Shown piece after piece: positions 9,800 through 20,604 of a DNA stretch of 64,000 nt (positions are counted from its first letter, which is position 1; each line of letters starts with the position of its first letter). A program made the position numbers and the translations under genes. The DNA comes from an uncultured Candidatus Actinomarina sp. (GTDB lineage Bacteria > Actinomycetota > Acidimicrobiia > Actinomarinales > Actinomarinaceae): positions 145,943 to 209,942 of the forward strand of contig CACDUI010000001.1 in the NCBI GenBank assembly GCA_902555985.1. The letters are read 5' to 3'. Below the pieces are notes generated by a model. It was given only the letters and a program-made list of their open reading frames with translations, made no database searches and was not told the DNA's origin.

Positions 9800-12486
9800 A
9801 CAGAGACACTATCACCAAAAAGTGACATTATCTCTTCTTTTTTGATAGTTAATGCATCTCTTGGGTTTTCAAGTGGTTTATTTTTTTTCTCTATCAAAAT
9901 CTTGTTTATTAAGTTATCTTTTGTTGCATCCTCTGGCTTCATTCTGAATCTTCCTCTATAAAATATTATCTCAAGAGACTTTGCCAAACCAACTAGGTGT
10001 TCTTTTGATAATTTTTTAATATATTTTTCATCAAGTAAATAATGATTATTAATCATTTCGATCATTTTATTTTTTGTTGCACTTTTTGGAATTTTAAGGA
10101 TTTCACCACCTAGAAAATTTGAAATATTTTTAATTTTTTCTTGGTCTAATAAATCTCTTAATTCATCTTTTGATAAGCTCTCTAATTCTTCTTTATCAAA
10201 TACAGTTCTATTTTTTTGCTTCATAGCATATCCGCCATATGGTCCAACCGCTGATGAATAAGTCCATTCTTCAACTTCTACAACTTTCCTAGGATTTTTT
10301 GCAGATAATGAGAATCGCTCTACACACTCATCTGGAGATAAATTATCAGGGTCTTCATCTTCAAAAATAGGACCTATCAAATTTTTTAATATGCATTTTT
10401 CTTGTCTTACACCTTTTTGTTTTTCACCGTGTTGAATATAAAAACCACCATTTGGACCAAGCTTTATAAAGATAGAAGCTGAGCACAAATTACATTTTGA
10501 GACAGTTCTTTCTTTCTTAAGATTATCTTCTTGATGGCTTTCAAGTTCTTTTATGTATTCATTTTCTATTTCTTCTAAAGTTATTTCTGGAGGAAGACCA
10601 ACTTTAAAGTCATCATCCCTCAATAGATAAGGATATGGTACTTTACCTTGAATTCTTCCTGTTTTTACCACATACCTAGATTCAAATGGAAGGTTTACTG
10701 TTGTAAGTAAAAGCGGATCTTGAGTTCCATATTTTTCAATATGACTATTTATTGTGTTAAAAGAATTTTCTAAAAATTTAATTTTTGATTTTTCTGGATC
10801 TTCACTTTCTAAAATTTTATCCAGTTCATCTTCCATTGATTTAGAAAACTCATAATCTATGTATTGGTTGAAATAAGGCTTCATAAAATTATTTATTAAT
10901 GCCAAAGCTAGGATTCTAGGTTTTAAGTTTGATTCTGCATTTATAAAAACTGAAGTGATACTCTCAATTATTGATACGTAAGTTGATGGCCGTCCAATTC
11001 CCAATTCTTCGAGTTTATTTATCAATGAAGTTGAAGAGTACCTGTTTGGTGGATTTGTATATTTTTCTTCCCACTCTGCTGATGAAATAGATAATTGATC
11101 ATTTTCTTTCAAGTCAGGCAACTCCTGAGATTTTTCTGTTGCATCTTTTATTAAATCTCTATATCCACCAAATGTCCAAGTAGTTCCAGAAATACCAAGA
11201 ATTAATGATGAATAGTAACTATCTTCAACTTCTATCTCAATTGATTTTGTAATTCCTTGAGCATCTGTCATTTGAGAGGCAACGGTTGTGTTGAATATTA
11301 GTTTGTATAGTTTGTATTCGTCGCTGTCTTCTTTATGAGTCGAAAGCAGTTCTTCGGGTGTAGTAAATTTATCACCAGAAGGCCTGATAGCTTCATGTGC
11401 AGCTTGTGCATTTTTTGTATCCCCATAAAGATTTGGCTTTGAAGGAAGATGTATGCTTGAAAAGTTTTCAGCAATATAATCTCGAGATGCTTTGATTGCA
11501 ACATCTGAGAGCCTTATTGAATCAGTTCTCATGTAGGTGATTAATCCTTCTTGATAAAGCCTTTGAGCGACACCCATTGTTTTTCTTGGTTGAAAACCCA
11601 AGTTACTTCTTGCTGAAGTTTGAAGACTTGTAGTTTTAAAAGGTTTCGGTGGTTTGCCACTTCTTGAAGATTCTTTTATGCTTGAAATTTTTGCAGTTGA
11701 GTTTGATAGTATTTCAACAATATTTTCAGCATCTTGTTTTTCTAAATATTTTTTGTCGTTACTTGTTTTATTACCCTTATCATCAAAATCAGTTGATGAA
11801 GCAGTTCTCTTACCACCAACTTTTTTCAGGCTTGCTGCGAAAGGTATTTCTTTGCTTACACAGTTAGCCTTGATGTCAAAGTAAATCGATTTAACAAATT
11901 TTATTCTTTCTTCTTCTCTTTCAACAATTAGCCTTATTGCAGGTCCTTGAACTCGTCCAGTTGAAATAAATGCCCCACCGAGATCTCTAACTTTAGGAGA
12001 AATCTCATATCCAATCATACGATCTAGAGTCCTTCTGGCTTCATAAGATTTAAACTTCCCAACATCAATAGTTTCAGGGTTGCTCATAGCCTTTGTTACT
12101 GCAGCTTCTGTAATTTCATTAAATTTAATCCTTTTTGGTTCACCTTTAATTTCAAGAGCTTCTTTAAGATGATAAGCTATTGCCTCACCTTCTCTATCAT
12201 CATCAGTCGCTAGGTAAACTTCTTCTGCTGAACTTGCTAATTCTTTAAGTTCGTTTACAATTTTTTTTCTATCCTCCGGAATTACATATATATTTTCAAA
12301 GCTAGCTGGCTTTACAGCACCCCATAGAATACTTTTATTATCAAAAGCTGAGGGTATAGATTTTGCGTTTCTTGGTAAGTCTCTTATATGACCAACACTT
12401 GACTTGACTATATAATCAGAACCTAGAATTTTAGATATAGTTTTAACTTTTGTTGGCGACTCAACAATTACTAAAGGCTTTGACAT
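9796..12486 (-). CDS. topA: DNA topoisomerase I
   Basis: 896 aa. Toprim N-terminus LVIVESPTKVKTISKILG...VGHIRDLP and an active-site Tyr region (ITYMRTDS). The long C-terminus has no zinc ribbons, which is the actinobacterial type. Confidence 0.92.
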   Translation of the reverse strand: MSKPLVIVESPTKVKTISKILGSDYIVKSSVGHIRDLPRNAKSIPSAFDNKSILWGAVKPASFENIYVIPEDRKKIVNELKELASSAEEVYLATDDDREGEAIAYHLKEALEIKGEPKRIKFNEITEAAVTKAMSNPETIDVGKFKSYEARRTLDRMIGYEISPKVRDLGGAFISTGRVQGPAIRLIVEREEERIKFVKSIYFDIKANCVSKEIPFAASLKKVGGKRTASSTDFDDKGNKTSNDKKYLEKQDAENIVEILSNSTAKISSIKESSRSGKPPKPFKTTSLQTSARSNLGFQPRKTMGVAQRLYQEGLITYMRTDSIRLSDVAIKASRDYIAENFSSIHLPSKPNLYGDTKNAQAAHEAIRPSGDKFTTPEELLSTHKEDSDEYKLYKLIFNTTVASQMTDAQGITKSIEIEVEDSYYSSLILGISGTTWTFGGYRDLIKDATEKSQELPDLKENDQLSISSAEWEEKYTNPPNRYSSTSLINKLEELGIGRPSTYVSIIESITSVFINAESNLKPRILALALINNFMKPYFNQYIDYEFSKSMEDELDKILESEDPEKSKIKFLENSFNTINSHIEKYGTQDPLLLTTVNLPFESRYVVKTGRIQGKVPYPYLLRDDDFKVGLPPEITLEEIENEYIKELESHQEDNLKKERTVSKCNLCSASIFIKLGPNGGFYIQHGEKQKGVRQEKCILKNLIGPIFEDEDPDNLSPDECVERFSLSAKNPRKVVEVEEWTYSSAVGPYGGYAMKQKNRTVFDKEELESLSKDELRDLLDQEKIKNISNFLGGEILKIPKSATKNKMIEMINNHYLLDEKYIKKLSKEHLVGLAKSLEIIFYRGRFRMKPEDATKDNLINKILIEKKNKPLENPRDALTIKKEEIMSLFGDSVSV

Positions 12487-12573
12487 GTTCTTATTGATAA
12501 CACTATTTTGTTCATATGTACAGTATTTAAGAAAAAAAGTAATTTTAGATATTATTAGGATGAAATAAAAGAT

Positions 12574-13905
12574 ATGAAATCAGTAAAAATATTTTCAAGA
12601 TCACCCTTCTCTATTCTATGGTGGTCGGGCACGCTTTCTAGCTTTGGTGACTGGGCAACCCTATTTGCATCTGTCGCACTTGCAAGTTACTTAGGAGCAA
12701 ATGATGGTAATTCCGAACTTACTGCAGTGGTCCCGGTTGTTGCAAGAATTATCCCAGCATTCATGTCTTCGTTTGCAGGCTTATTAGCTGATAGGTTTAA
12801 TAAAAAAAATGTAATGATTATATCTGACCTTGTCAGAATGGTTATAGTTTTAGGCTTGTTTTTTGCCACAACTCTGTTTCAGTTATTTTTAATCAACTTT
12901 GTTGCTGAAATATTTTCATTAATTAGGCAACCATCTAGAGAGGCAATTGTTCCAGAATTAGTTGAAAATAATTATTTAGTAAAAGCAAACTCACTTTTTG
13001 TAGTTGGAACATACGCATCCCTTCCGCTTGCTTCTTTGATATTTGGATTTTTTTCAGATGCAAAATTTGTAGATAAAATAGTTACATTCGGAAATGGTTG
13101 GAGTGGTTCAATTGTATTTTTACTAGACTCTTTGACTTTTTTGCTTTCTGCATATTTTCTGTTTTTTTTAAAGACAAATAGTTCAGGTCAAAGTCCTGAA
13201 GTTAAGAGTTCAGCAATTTCAGACTTAAAAGAGGGATTAAATTATTTTTTTAATAATAAAGAACTAAGAACTGTGACAAATTCTATATCTTTGAGCCTTA
13301 TCGGAGCTGGAGCTTTGTTTGTGTTAGGAAGTTCTTACCTTACGCAATCACTACAATTTTCACAAAGTTCATTTGGCTTTATGATTGCGTCATTTGGTTT
13401 TGGAATAATATTTACAATGATAATTTTAAGCTATTTTGTAACATCATTTAATCGCGTTTCATTTTTTATTGGAATTAGTATGATTATTACCGGCTTGTCA
13501 CTTCTATTTGCATTTAATTCTTATGAATTTTCTACAATTCTATTTTTTATATTTATTTCTGGTATTGGCTCAGGCACAGTGTATTTATTAACAGTTAGTT
13601 ATTTACAAAGTACAACTGATGAAAATCTTAGAGGGAGAGTTTTTGGAAATTTTTATACTATTGGTAGGTTATCTCTTCTAATCTCTGTATTTATCTCTGG
13701 ATTTTTGGCTAGCTTTGCAAATAATTATTTTGAAGTTGACGGAGTTTTATTAGTTCTTAGATTGAGTTCCTGCTTTATCCTATTTTCTGGTCTTTTAACA
13801 TTTATTAAAGGATATAGAAAAATCATAAAAGACTTTGGGTTTGAAAATTCCAATTTCAACAAGTTAAGATTAAATCTTGAAAGCAATGAAGATGAACCAT
13901 TATGA
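12574..13905 (+). CDS. MFS transporter
   Basis: 443 aa with about 12 predicted TM helices and MFS-like topology. Confidence 0.6.
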   Translation: MKSVKIFSRSPFSILWWSGTLSSFGDWATLFASVALASYLGANDGNSELTAVVPVVARIIPAFMSSFAGLLADRFNKKNVMIISDLVRMVIVLGLFFATTLFQLFLINFVAEIFSLIRQPSREAIVPELVENNYLVKANSLFVVGTYASLPLASLIFGFFSDAKFVDKIVTFGNGWSGSIVFLLDSLTFLLSAYFLFFLKTNSSGQSPEVKSSAISDLKEGLNYFFNNKELRTVTNSISLSLIGAGALFVLGSSYLTQSLQFSQSSFGFMIASFGFGIIFTMIILSYFVTSFNRVSFFIGISMIITGLSLLFAFNSYEFSTILFFIFISGIGSGTVYLLTVSYLQSTTDENLRGRVFGNFYTIGRLSLLISVFISGFLASFANNYFEVDGVLLVLRLSSCFILFSGLLTFIKGYRKIIKDFGFENSNFNKLRLNLESNEDEPL

Positions 13906-14510
13906 ATTCTAATTACATAGCATTTGAAGGTATTGACGGATCTGGAAAAACTAGCCTTATTGAAAATTTGTCAACCATCTTAGATTCTCAAAATAAAAAA
14001 CACATAATTGTCAGAGAGCCTGGTGGAACATCTGTTGGAGAAGGAATTAGAGAATTATTATTAAGCCATGATTATCAAGTCAACCCTCTTGCAGAAGCGC
14101 TTCTGATGAGCGCAAGTAGAGCTCAGTTGATCCAAGAGACAGTAATACCGACAATTAATAATGGACAAGTAGTTGTTACAGACAGATCAGCATATTCATC
14201 TGTAGCATACCAGGGGGTTGGAAGGGGATTAGGATATAAAGAGATATACCAATTAAATGATTTAGCAATTGATGGTTTCTGGCCTGAAAAAGTAATACTT
14301 CTTGATATTGATCCCAAAATATCTTTATCTAGACAAAAGATTGCTGACAGAATTGGAAGTGGTGAGGTTGATTTCTTTCAAAAAGTACGTTCAGGTTACT
14401 TAAAGCTTGCTGATGAGTTCGAAAGTCAATTTCTAGTTTTAAATGCTACAAAAAGCATTGATGAAAATGTGAATTCTATTTGTAACTGGTTAGAAATTGA
14501 TAACACTTAA
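13902..14510 (+). CDS. tmk: Thymidylate kinase
   Basis: P-loop IAFEGIDGSGKTS, DRSAYSS and a LID region. Confidence 0.88.
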   Translation: MNSNYIAFEGIDGSGKTSLIENLSTILDSQNKKHIIVREPGGTSVGEGIRELLLSHDYQVNPLAEALLMSASRAQLIQETVIPTINNGQVVVTDRSAYSSVAYQGVGRGLGYKEIYQLNDLAIDGFWPEKVILLDIDPKISLSRQKIADRIGSGEVDFFQKVRSGYLKLADEFESQFLVLNATKSIDENVNSICNWLEIDNT

Positions 14511-15366
14511 TAAAAAACTTGTAAACGAATTAGAGACCCCTTTTCATTCCTATTTACTGTTTTCAAACCTTGCTTCAAATTTACTGTCACAATCCAAAAT
14601 GTTTGCGATGTCCTTATCGTTTAACTCTATTGATTACATTGAACATCCAGATATAAAGGTAATTGAATCTGAAAATTTAAATACTTTAGGGGTTGACGAC
14701 ATTAGAGAAGTAATAAACAAAGACAACTTGTCTCCAATTGAAGGGAAGTATAAGGTTGTAATTTTTCCTCCAGTAAAATCGCTAACTGAGGAGGCTTCAA
14801 ATGCTTTGCTAAAAACAATTGAAGAACCCTCAAGCAGCAGTATTTTTTTAATTCTTTCTTCTGGAAAATTTTGGTCGCATGCAAGGGATGATTCAGAGAA
14901 TATGATTTTATCAACAATCAAAAGTCGGTGTCGAACAATTTTTCTAGAAACAGAAAACGAAATTAAATACGATTTCTCATCATCAGATTTTGAAAAATTT
15001 CTAAATGGCAATTACTACGATTTAAAATTAAACAAATCAGACTTTGACGAGTTATTGGACTCAGTAAAAAGTCTTGAGCAAATTAATAGTTCAGATTCAA
15101 AAAGAATCAAGGACACACAAATCTTAATAAATAATACAAATAATTTTATAACGGGTTTTGACGAGGATACGACTATTAATGCTACTTCACTCTTAGTTGA
15201 GAGCCTTTCTTATCTTGCAAGCACATTATTAATTCAAGAAGATCTTAATAATAGTAATTATGAATTTGCCTTAAAGATTGAAACTGCGATGCAAGAAATT
15301 AATGCTGGAATGAAACCACAAATAGTTTTAAGTAATTTGATGTTAAACACAGGTACTCATGGATAG
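14497..15366 (+). CDS. holB: DNA polymerase III delta-prime subunit (clamp-loader AAA+-like protein with a degenerate P-loop)
   Basis: FHSYLLFSN (HAYLF-like), ASNALLKTIEEP and TIKSRCRTIF (the SRC motif). The gene lies downstream of topA-tmk, as in other actinobacteria. Confidence 0.7.
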   Translation: MITLNKKLVNELETPFHSYLLFSNLASNLLSQSKMFAMSLSFNSIDYIEHPDIKVIESENLNTLGVDDIREVINKDNLSPIEGKYKVVIFPPVKSLTEEASNALLKTIEEPSSSSIFLILSSGKFWSHARDDSENMILSTIKSRCRTIFLETENEIKYDFSSSDFEKFLNGNYYDLKLNKSDFDELLDSVKSLEQINSSDSKRIKDTQILINNTNNFITGFDEDTTINATSLLVESLSYLASTLLIQEDLNNSNYEFALKIETAMQEINAGMKPQIVLSNLMLNTGTHG

Positions 15367-16183
15367 TATTGTTCTACTAGGAACAGGCTGCCCAAGTCCA
15401 AGTCATGAGCGATTTGGACCAAGTACTTTAGTAACATCTGGAAACCAAAATATTTTAATTGATGCTGGCTCAGGAGTTACACAAAGATTAAGTGAGCACG
15501 GTTTAAAACCATCTGCTATTGATATTATTTTGATTACACATCTTCATTCAGATCATATTGTTGACCTTTATCAACTATACATATCTGGTTGGCATTCTGG
15601 AAGAACAAAGCCATTTAAACTTGTTGGTCCTAGAGGTATAGAAAAGTTTTTCAATAAAACTATGGAAGCATATGACGATGAACTCAGTCTAAGAATTGAA
15701 TGGGAAAAGAGGCCAAACAAAGGCGGCTTAGAAATCGAAATTATAGAAATTAATGAAGAATTTACTTTTGACGATCAGGACATAAAGATAAAAAGTATAG
15801 AAGTACAACATCAGCCAGTTGAACCAGCATATGGATATGAGTTTTTAGTAAAAAATAAAAAAGTAACGTATTCAGGGGATACCAAATATAGTAAAAATTT
15901 GGAAAATGCGTCAAAAAATGCAGAGTATTTGATTCATGAAGTATTTGTTGATTTAAATTTTGATGATAAAAGAATGACACAGGATACTCTAAAAAATGTA
16001 AGAGAATATCATTCTACTCCTGAAGATGTTGGAAAATTAGCTCAAGCTGCAAATGTTAAAAATCTTGTTTTGAATCACTTTGTACCCCCGGTGTTTGATG
16101 AGGAAGGCTTAAGAAATGAGATATCAAAGTATTACGATGGAAAAATTATTGTGGGTAGTGACTTAGATATTTTTAATTTATAA
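15359..16183 (+). CDS. MBL-fold metallo-hydrolase
   Basis: ITHLHSDH metal-binding motif, beta-lactamase-like fold, 274 aa. Confidence 0.7.
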   Translation: MDSIVLLGTGCPSPSHERFGPSTLVTSGNQNILIDAGSGVTQRLSEHGLKPSAIDIILITHLHSDHIVDLYQLYISGWHSGRTKPFKLVGPRGIEKFFNKTMEAYDDELSLRIEWEKRPNKGGLEIEIIEINEEFTFDDQDIKIKSIEVQHQPVEPAYGYEFLVKNKKVTYSGDTKYSKNLENASKNAEYLIHEVFVDLNFDDKRMTQDTLKNVREYHSTPEDVGKLAQAANVKNLVLNHFVPPVFDEEGLRNEISKYYDGKIIVGSDLDIFNL

Positions 16184-16232
16184 ATTATCTATATTTCTTT
16201 TCAACCCAGTCTTAGAATTGTAAAATACTTAT

Positions 16233-17501
16233 ATGAATGTTCCTGTGGTCCCTAGCCTACCTATTATTGGTCACTCTATTCCATTTCAGAGGGATGCATT
16301 AAATTTTACAGCAGGTATGCAAAAAAAATATGGTGATGTATTTCAAATTTTACTTCTTAACCAAGATTTTATAGTTTTGCTAAACCCAGAAATAACTAGA
16401 GAGATATTCCTTGATAAAGATGATAATTATTCATCCAAAGAAGGCTGGGCAGTTACCCTAGGTCCAACATTTGAAAATGGACTTATGCTTCGTGATTTTG
16501 ATGACCATAAGTATCACAGAACACTTTTGCAAGATTCTTTTCGACATGAGGCTATACATAATTACCTATCAATTATTCAACCCATTATTGATGATTGGAT
16601 TGATCAAATTAAACAAAAAAACTCTTTTAATTTATATGAATCTGTAAAACAATTAATGTTTGATATATCGTTAAGCTTGTTTTTCCTAGATGTAAAAAAA
16701 GATGAGTCTCAATATCTTAACAAACTTTTTATGGACTCTATTGCGTCAGCAACATCTGCAGTTAGATGGCCACTTCCTTTTACCCAGTTAAAAAAAGGGC
16801 TAAAATCCAGAGCTTATTTGTTGGATTATTTTCAATCAAAATCTGAAATGATTAATGAAGAAAGTAAAAAAACTTTATTCGCTGAACTTGTAAATACTAA
16901 TAAAGGAGATGTTGGATTAAGCAATTATGAAATAGCAGAACACATGATTTTTCTTCTTCTTGCAGCTCATGACACTACAACAATTACACTTACAAATTCG
17001 ATTTATAATCTATCAAGAAACGAAGACTTTTTATCTGATATACGACAAGAAGCATTTGAAGTAGACCCACTCGATATCTCGTCACTTAAAAACGGAAATT
17101 TTGCTGAATCTATATTTCAAGAAGCAATTAGATTCTACCCACCAGTTCCATTTTCTATCAGAAGAGTTATGAGAGACACAAAAATTCAAGATTACCCAGT
17201 TAGTCGTGGCACTTATCTCACGATCAGCCCACTACTACTCCACCATGATGAAAGATATTGGGACAATCCATCAAATTTTGACCCCTACAGGTTTATTGAC
17301 CCAAGCTATACGAACAAAGCATACTTTCCTTTTGCAGGAGGCGCTCATACATGTATAGGAAAATTTTTTGCTAGCTATATGTTTAAAAATGTGATTTATA
17401 AATATGTTCAAAATATTGAAAAGCCAATCATAGAAGATGGACTAAAAATAAGACCTACACCAATTCCACATCCAATTGAAGATGTCAGGGTATCTATTTA
17501 A
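16233..17501 (+). CDS. Cytochrome P450
   Basis: Haem-thiolate loop FPFAGGAHTCIGKFFA, an ExxR (EAIRFYP) and an I-helix LLAAHDTTT. Confidence 0.85.
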   Translation: MNVPVVPSLPIIGHSIPFQRDALNFTAGMQKKYGDVFQILLLNQDFIVLLNPEITREIFLDKDDNYSSKEGWAVTLGPTFENGLMLRDFDDHKYHRTLLQDSFRHEAIHNYLSIIQPIIDDWIDQIKQKNSFNLYESVKQLMFDISLSLFFLDVKKDESQYLNKLFMDSIASATSAVRWPLPFTQLKKGLKSRAYLLDYFQSKSEMINEESKKTLFAELVNTNKGDVGLSNYEIAEHMIFLLLAAHDTTTITLTNSIYNLSRNEDFLSDIRQEAFEVDPLDISSLKNGNFAESIFQEAIRFYPPVPFSIRRVMRDTKIQDYPVSRGTYLTISPLLLHHDERYWDNPSNFDPYRFIDPSYTNKAYFPFAGGAHTCIGKFFASYMFKNVIYKYVQNIEKPIIEDGLKIRPTPIPHPIEDVRVSI

Positions 17502-18103
17502 GACTCAATCATTTGCCACAAATGCAAGCAGGCGTGGGTTTTATAAGGACTCCATTTTGTCGCGTACTCTTCATATTCAATTTTTGAAGCTGATTCGCTA
17601 ACCATTTTTAATTGATTCATAGCTTGTCTCAGTGCTGCGTCGCCATAAGAAAAAACATTTTTATTTCTAATACAGAACATTTCAAACATTTCCGCACTCC
17701 ACTGACCTATTCCAAAAATTTTTAATAATTCTTTTTCCCTTGTTGCTTGGTCTAAGTCATAAAAAGTTTTAAAAGTTGTATGATTCTCTATCCAGTATAT
17801 AACTGCTTGTATTGACTTAGCTTTATTAAGACTTAGACCTAATTTTTTGATTTCTAAGACATTTAGATTTTTAAAATTTTTAATTTTAAAATTTTTTTCA
17901 TTAAATTTTTGTAATATTTTTCTTTTTATACTGTTCGCTGCATGTGTAGAAATAAATTGTGAAATAATTATTCCAATTAAAGCATCAAATGGATCTGTTT
18001 TTTTATTCGAAAAATTGATATGGCCATTTGTTGTTATTACTTTCGATAAGATTTTGTCATTCCGAATTAAAAATTCTTCTTCCTTGCTGTAGTTAAAATT
18101 CAT
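17498..18103 (-). CDS. HhH-GPD DNA glycosylase (3-methyladenine DNA glycosylase II / AlkA-like)
   Basis: Helix-hairpin-helix LLKIFGIGQWSAEMFEMF followed by GDAALRQA, which carries the catalytic Asp. Confidence 0.75.
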   Translation of the reverse strand: MNFNYSKEEEFLIRNDKILSKVITTNGHINFSNKKTDPFDALIGIIISQFISTHAANSIKRKILQKFNEKNFKIKNFKNLNVLEIKKLGLSLNKAKSIQAVIYWIENHTTFKTFYDLDQATREKELLKIFGIGQWSAEMFEMFCIRNKNVFSYGDAALRQAMNQLKMVSESASKIEYEEYATKWSPYKTHACLHLWQMIES

Positions 18104-19282
18104 TTAGTCAATATTGAGTTTTTTTAATTTTTTTAAATTGATGAATAAATATAAACTTACAAACATTCCAACTATTACTAGCCCTCTATATCCTATTAGC
18201 AAATAAGACATTCCTAAAGTTGTATGAGCCATAAAGCTCCCAAGAAAAACAAAGGAATCACTTTTTATATTAAGTGGAGTTTTATATTTTATTGAAAATT
18301 TAGATATTGCAGAACTAATGGCAACATAATTGAAATTCCAACCCAACCCTAGTAAATAAAGCCCAATCTTTAGAAAAAGGGGCTCTGAATTTATAAATAT
18401 AGTTGAACAACTAACAAATAATATCCCAGTACCAATGTACGTAAAATTTTTATATCCATATTTGTCTACGTAACTTCCTAAAACTGGTGATAGTAAAAAC
18501 ATACCTAACGTGTGATAGCTTATAATTACCCCAACTAGTTGAACTGTTTCTCCAATATCTTGAACATGAAGAGGTGTTGCTGACATTATTACAACCATGG
18601 TGAAGTGATTAAGTACAAGTAGAAGTGTTAATATATTTCCATCTTTTTTAGTTTCACCAACCTTCTCTATAGCCTCTTCAATTTCTGCAGGTTGTCTTAG
18701 CGGGCTATTAGAGGAAGTAAAAGTTAGAACAGATGCTGAAGCAAAAAGCATTCCAACCACAGCAACTATATAACCAACAATTAATTCAGAATTAAATAAA
18801 GTATTAAAATAGTCTGAATAGAGGCTTACTAACCTTGGTCCAAAAACAGAACCAAAAACAGAAAACCAGACAGCTAAAGATAACGCAGTAGCCTTAAATT
18901 TTTTGCTAGCAACAAAAGAAGCTGCATATCTCGATTGAAGGGTGGCTGATTGACCGAACCCGAGCACTAACGCCCCACACATTAATAATATAAAAGAATC
19001 AATAATCAGACTGTAAAACAATACCACGCTACCAAGCGCACCTACAAAAAAAGTAAGAGACAGTGCTGCAAGTCTTGAGTATTTTTTTGAGATTTTATAA
19101 AACATTTGTGTTCCAAGAAAAGCACCACCAACTCCTACAGCATTTGGAAATCCAAGGAAAAGGGGATTACTTGAGACTTCTCTTGCCGCCAAAACAGTTA
19201 CAGTTATTGCTGCAATAAACCCTATTGACGAAAATCCAACTGACAAGAGAAGTCCCATAATTTTTTTAATATCAGAAATCAT
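18104..19282 (-). CDS. MFS transporter
   Basis: 392 aa polytopic membrane protein with MFS-like topology. Confidence 0.6.
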   Translation of the reverse strand: MISDIKKIMGLLLSVGFSSIGFIAAITVTVLAAREVSSNPLFLGFPNAVGVGGAFLGTQMFYKISKKYSRLAALSLTFFVGALGSVVLFYSLIIDSFILLMCGALVLGFGQSATLQSRYAASFVASKKFKATALSLAVWFSVFGSVFGPRLVSLYSDYFNTLFNSELIVGYIVAVVGMLFASASVLTFTSSNSPLRQPAEIEEAIEKVGETKKDGNILTLLLVLNHFTMVVIMSATPLHVQDIGETVQLVGVIISYHTLGMFLLSPVLGSYVDKYGYKNFTYIGTGILFVSCSTIFINSEPLFLKIGLYLLGLGWNFNYVAISSAISKFSIKYKTPLNIKSDSFVFLGSFMAHTTLGMSYLLIGYRGLVIVGMFVSLYLFINLKKLKKLNID

Positions 19283-19365
19283 ACAAAAAGGTTAGCTAGT
19301 GAATGATTTAAAGTTTTCTTTATCAATTAATTGAAAAAGATTAAATTCTTATTACCATATTAGTT

Positions 19366-19470
19366 GCATAAAGAGAGGGAAACCTCAGCAACCTAGTTGC
19401 CAACTAAGGTGCTTTTTGATGTGGTTTAATTACAAAAATGGCATTCAAAATCTTTAAACTTAAACAAAAT
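19366..19470 (+). promoter_or_regulatory. Candidate SAM-binding riboswitch (SAM-I/SAM-IV clan) in the metK leader
   Basis: A roughly 60-nt block is shared with the metY leader: GCAUAAAGAGAGGGAAACCUCAGCAACCUAGUUGCCAACUAAGGUGCUUUUUGAUGUGG. It contains the GCAACC and AAGGUGC core and two hairpins that covary between the copies. Confidence 0.6.
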
Positions 19471-19482
19471 TGGAGATATTAA

Positions 19483-20571
19483 ATGACTAAATATGTTACT
19501 GCTGAGACTGTTTCACCAGGACATCCTGATAAAATTGCTGATTTAATTTCAGACTATGTTCTTTCTAAGGCCCTGCAAAACAATAATTCATCAAGAGTTG
19601 CTGTAGAAACATTTCTAACAGGAACTAAAAATGGAGGAATAGTCCTTGTTGGAGGAGAAATCAGCGAGATTGCCAATATTACAACTGAAGATATTGTTGA
19701 AATTGTTAAAGAAGCTCTCAAAAAGACAATTAAGACTAGTTTTGAAGATTTCAATTTAGATAAGTTGTCTATTTATAACGAGCTTACACCACAATCTGAA
19801 GAAATCAGAGCAGCTGTTGAAGATGACGAAGACCAAGGAGCTGGTGACCAGGGGATTATGGTTGGGTTTGCAACAGATAAAACAGAGTCATTCATGCCTC
19901 CTACATTTGATATGTCAAGAAACATACAAAAATCTTTATGGGATCTCCAAAATTCTGATGAAATGCTTGACTTGGATTCAAAAGTACAAGTAACAACTGG
20001 AGGAGAAAAAGCTAAAGTAGTTGTCTCTACACAGCACCATAAAGATATAAATATCGAAAAACTTTATGAAGAAGTCTTTAAGATTGTTTCTAATCACGTG
20101 AATAGTGAATTTGAATTAGATTTGAATCCATCAGGCTCATTTGTTAAAGGAGGACCAGCAGGAGACACTGGCCTCACGGGAAGAAAAATAGTAGTCGATG
20201 CTTACGGACCTTCAGTTCCAGTTGGTGGAGGTGCGTTTTCAGGTAAAGATCCAAGTAAGGTTGATAGATCTGCTGCTTATGCTGCAAGACATTTAGCAAA
20301 AAATATTGTAGCTCATAAACTCGCAGAGGAATGTCTTGTAAGAGTTTCTTATGCCATTGGTAAAGCAGACCCTTACGAATTAACAATTGATACTTTTGAA
20401 ACATTAAAGGTTGAAGAAAATTCTTTAAACGATTTTGTAAGTAATTTCAACATGAAGCCAGGTGCAATTATTGAAAGGTTAGATCTTACAAATGTTGACT
20501 ATAGAACAGATACATTGTTTTCCCACTTTGGACACCCTGATAGAAATTGGGAAAAAATTGAAAACATTTAG
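19483..20571 (+). CDS. metK: S-adenosylmethionine synthetase
   Basis: GHPDKIADLISD, GAGDQG and GGGAFSGKDPSKVDRSAAYAAR. Confidence 0.92.
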   Translation: MTKYVTAETVSPGHPDKIADLISDYVLSKALQNNNSSRVAVETFLTGTKNGGIVLVGGEISEIANITTEDIVEIVKEALKKTIKTSFEDFNLDKLSIYNELTPQSEEIRAAVEDDEDQGAGDQGIMVGFATDKTESFMPPTFDMSRNIQKSLWDLQNSDEMLDLDSKVQVTTGGEKAKVVVSTQHHKDINIEKLYEEVFKIVSNHVNSEFELDLNPSGSFVKGGPAGDTGLTGRKIVVDAYGPSVPVGGGAFSGKDPSKVDRSAAYAARHLAKNIVAHKLAEECLVRVSYAIGKADPYELTIDTFETLKVEENSLNDFVSNFNMKPGAIIERLDLTNVDYRTDTLFSHFGHPDRNWEKIENI

Positions 20572-20604
20572 TCTTATTAAAAAGTTTTGATATAATTTTA
20601 CTAA

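Noticed and set aside
19483-20571. MetK at 362 aa looked short, so I considered truncation or frameshift.
   Set aside because: All conserved MetK blocks from the N-terminal GHPDK to the C-terminal HFGHPD...WEK are present in one frame with a normal stop. It is simply a compact orthologue.
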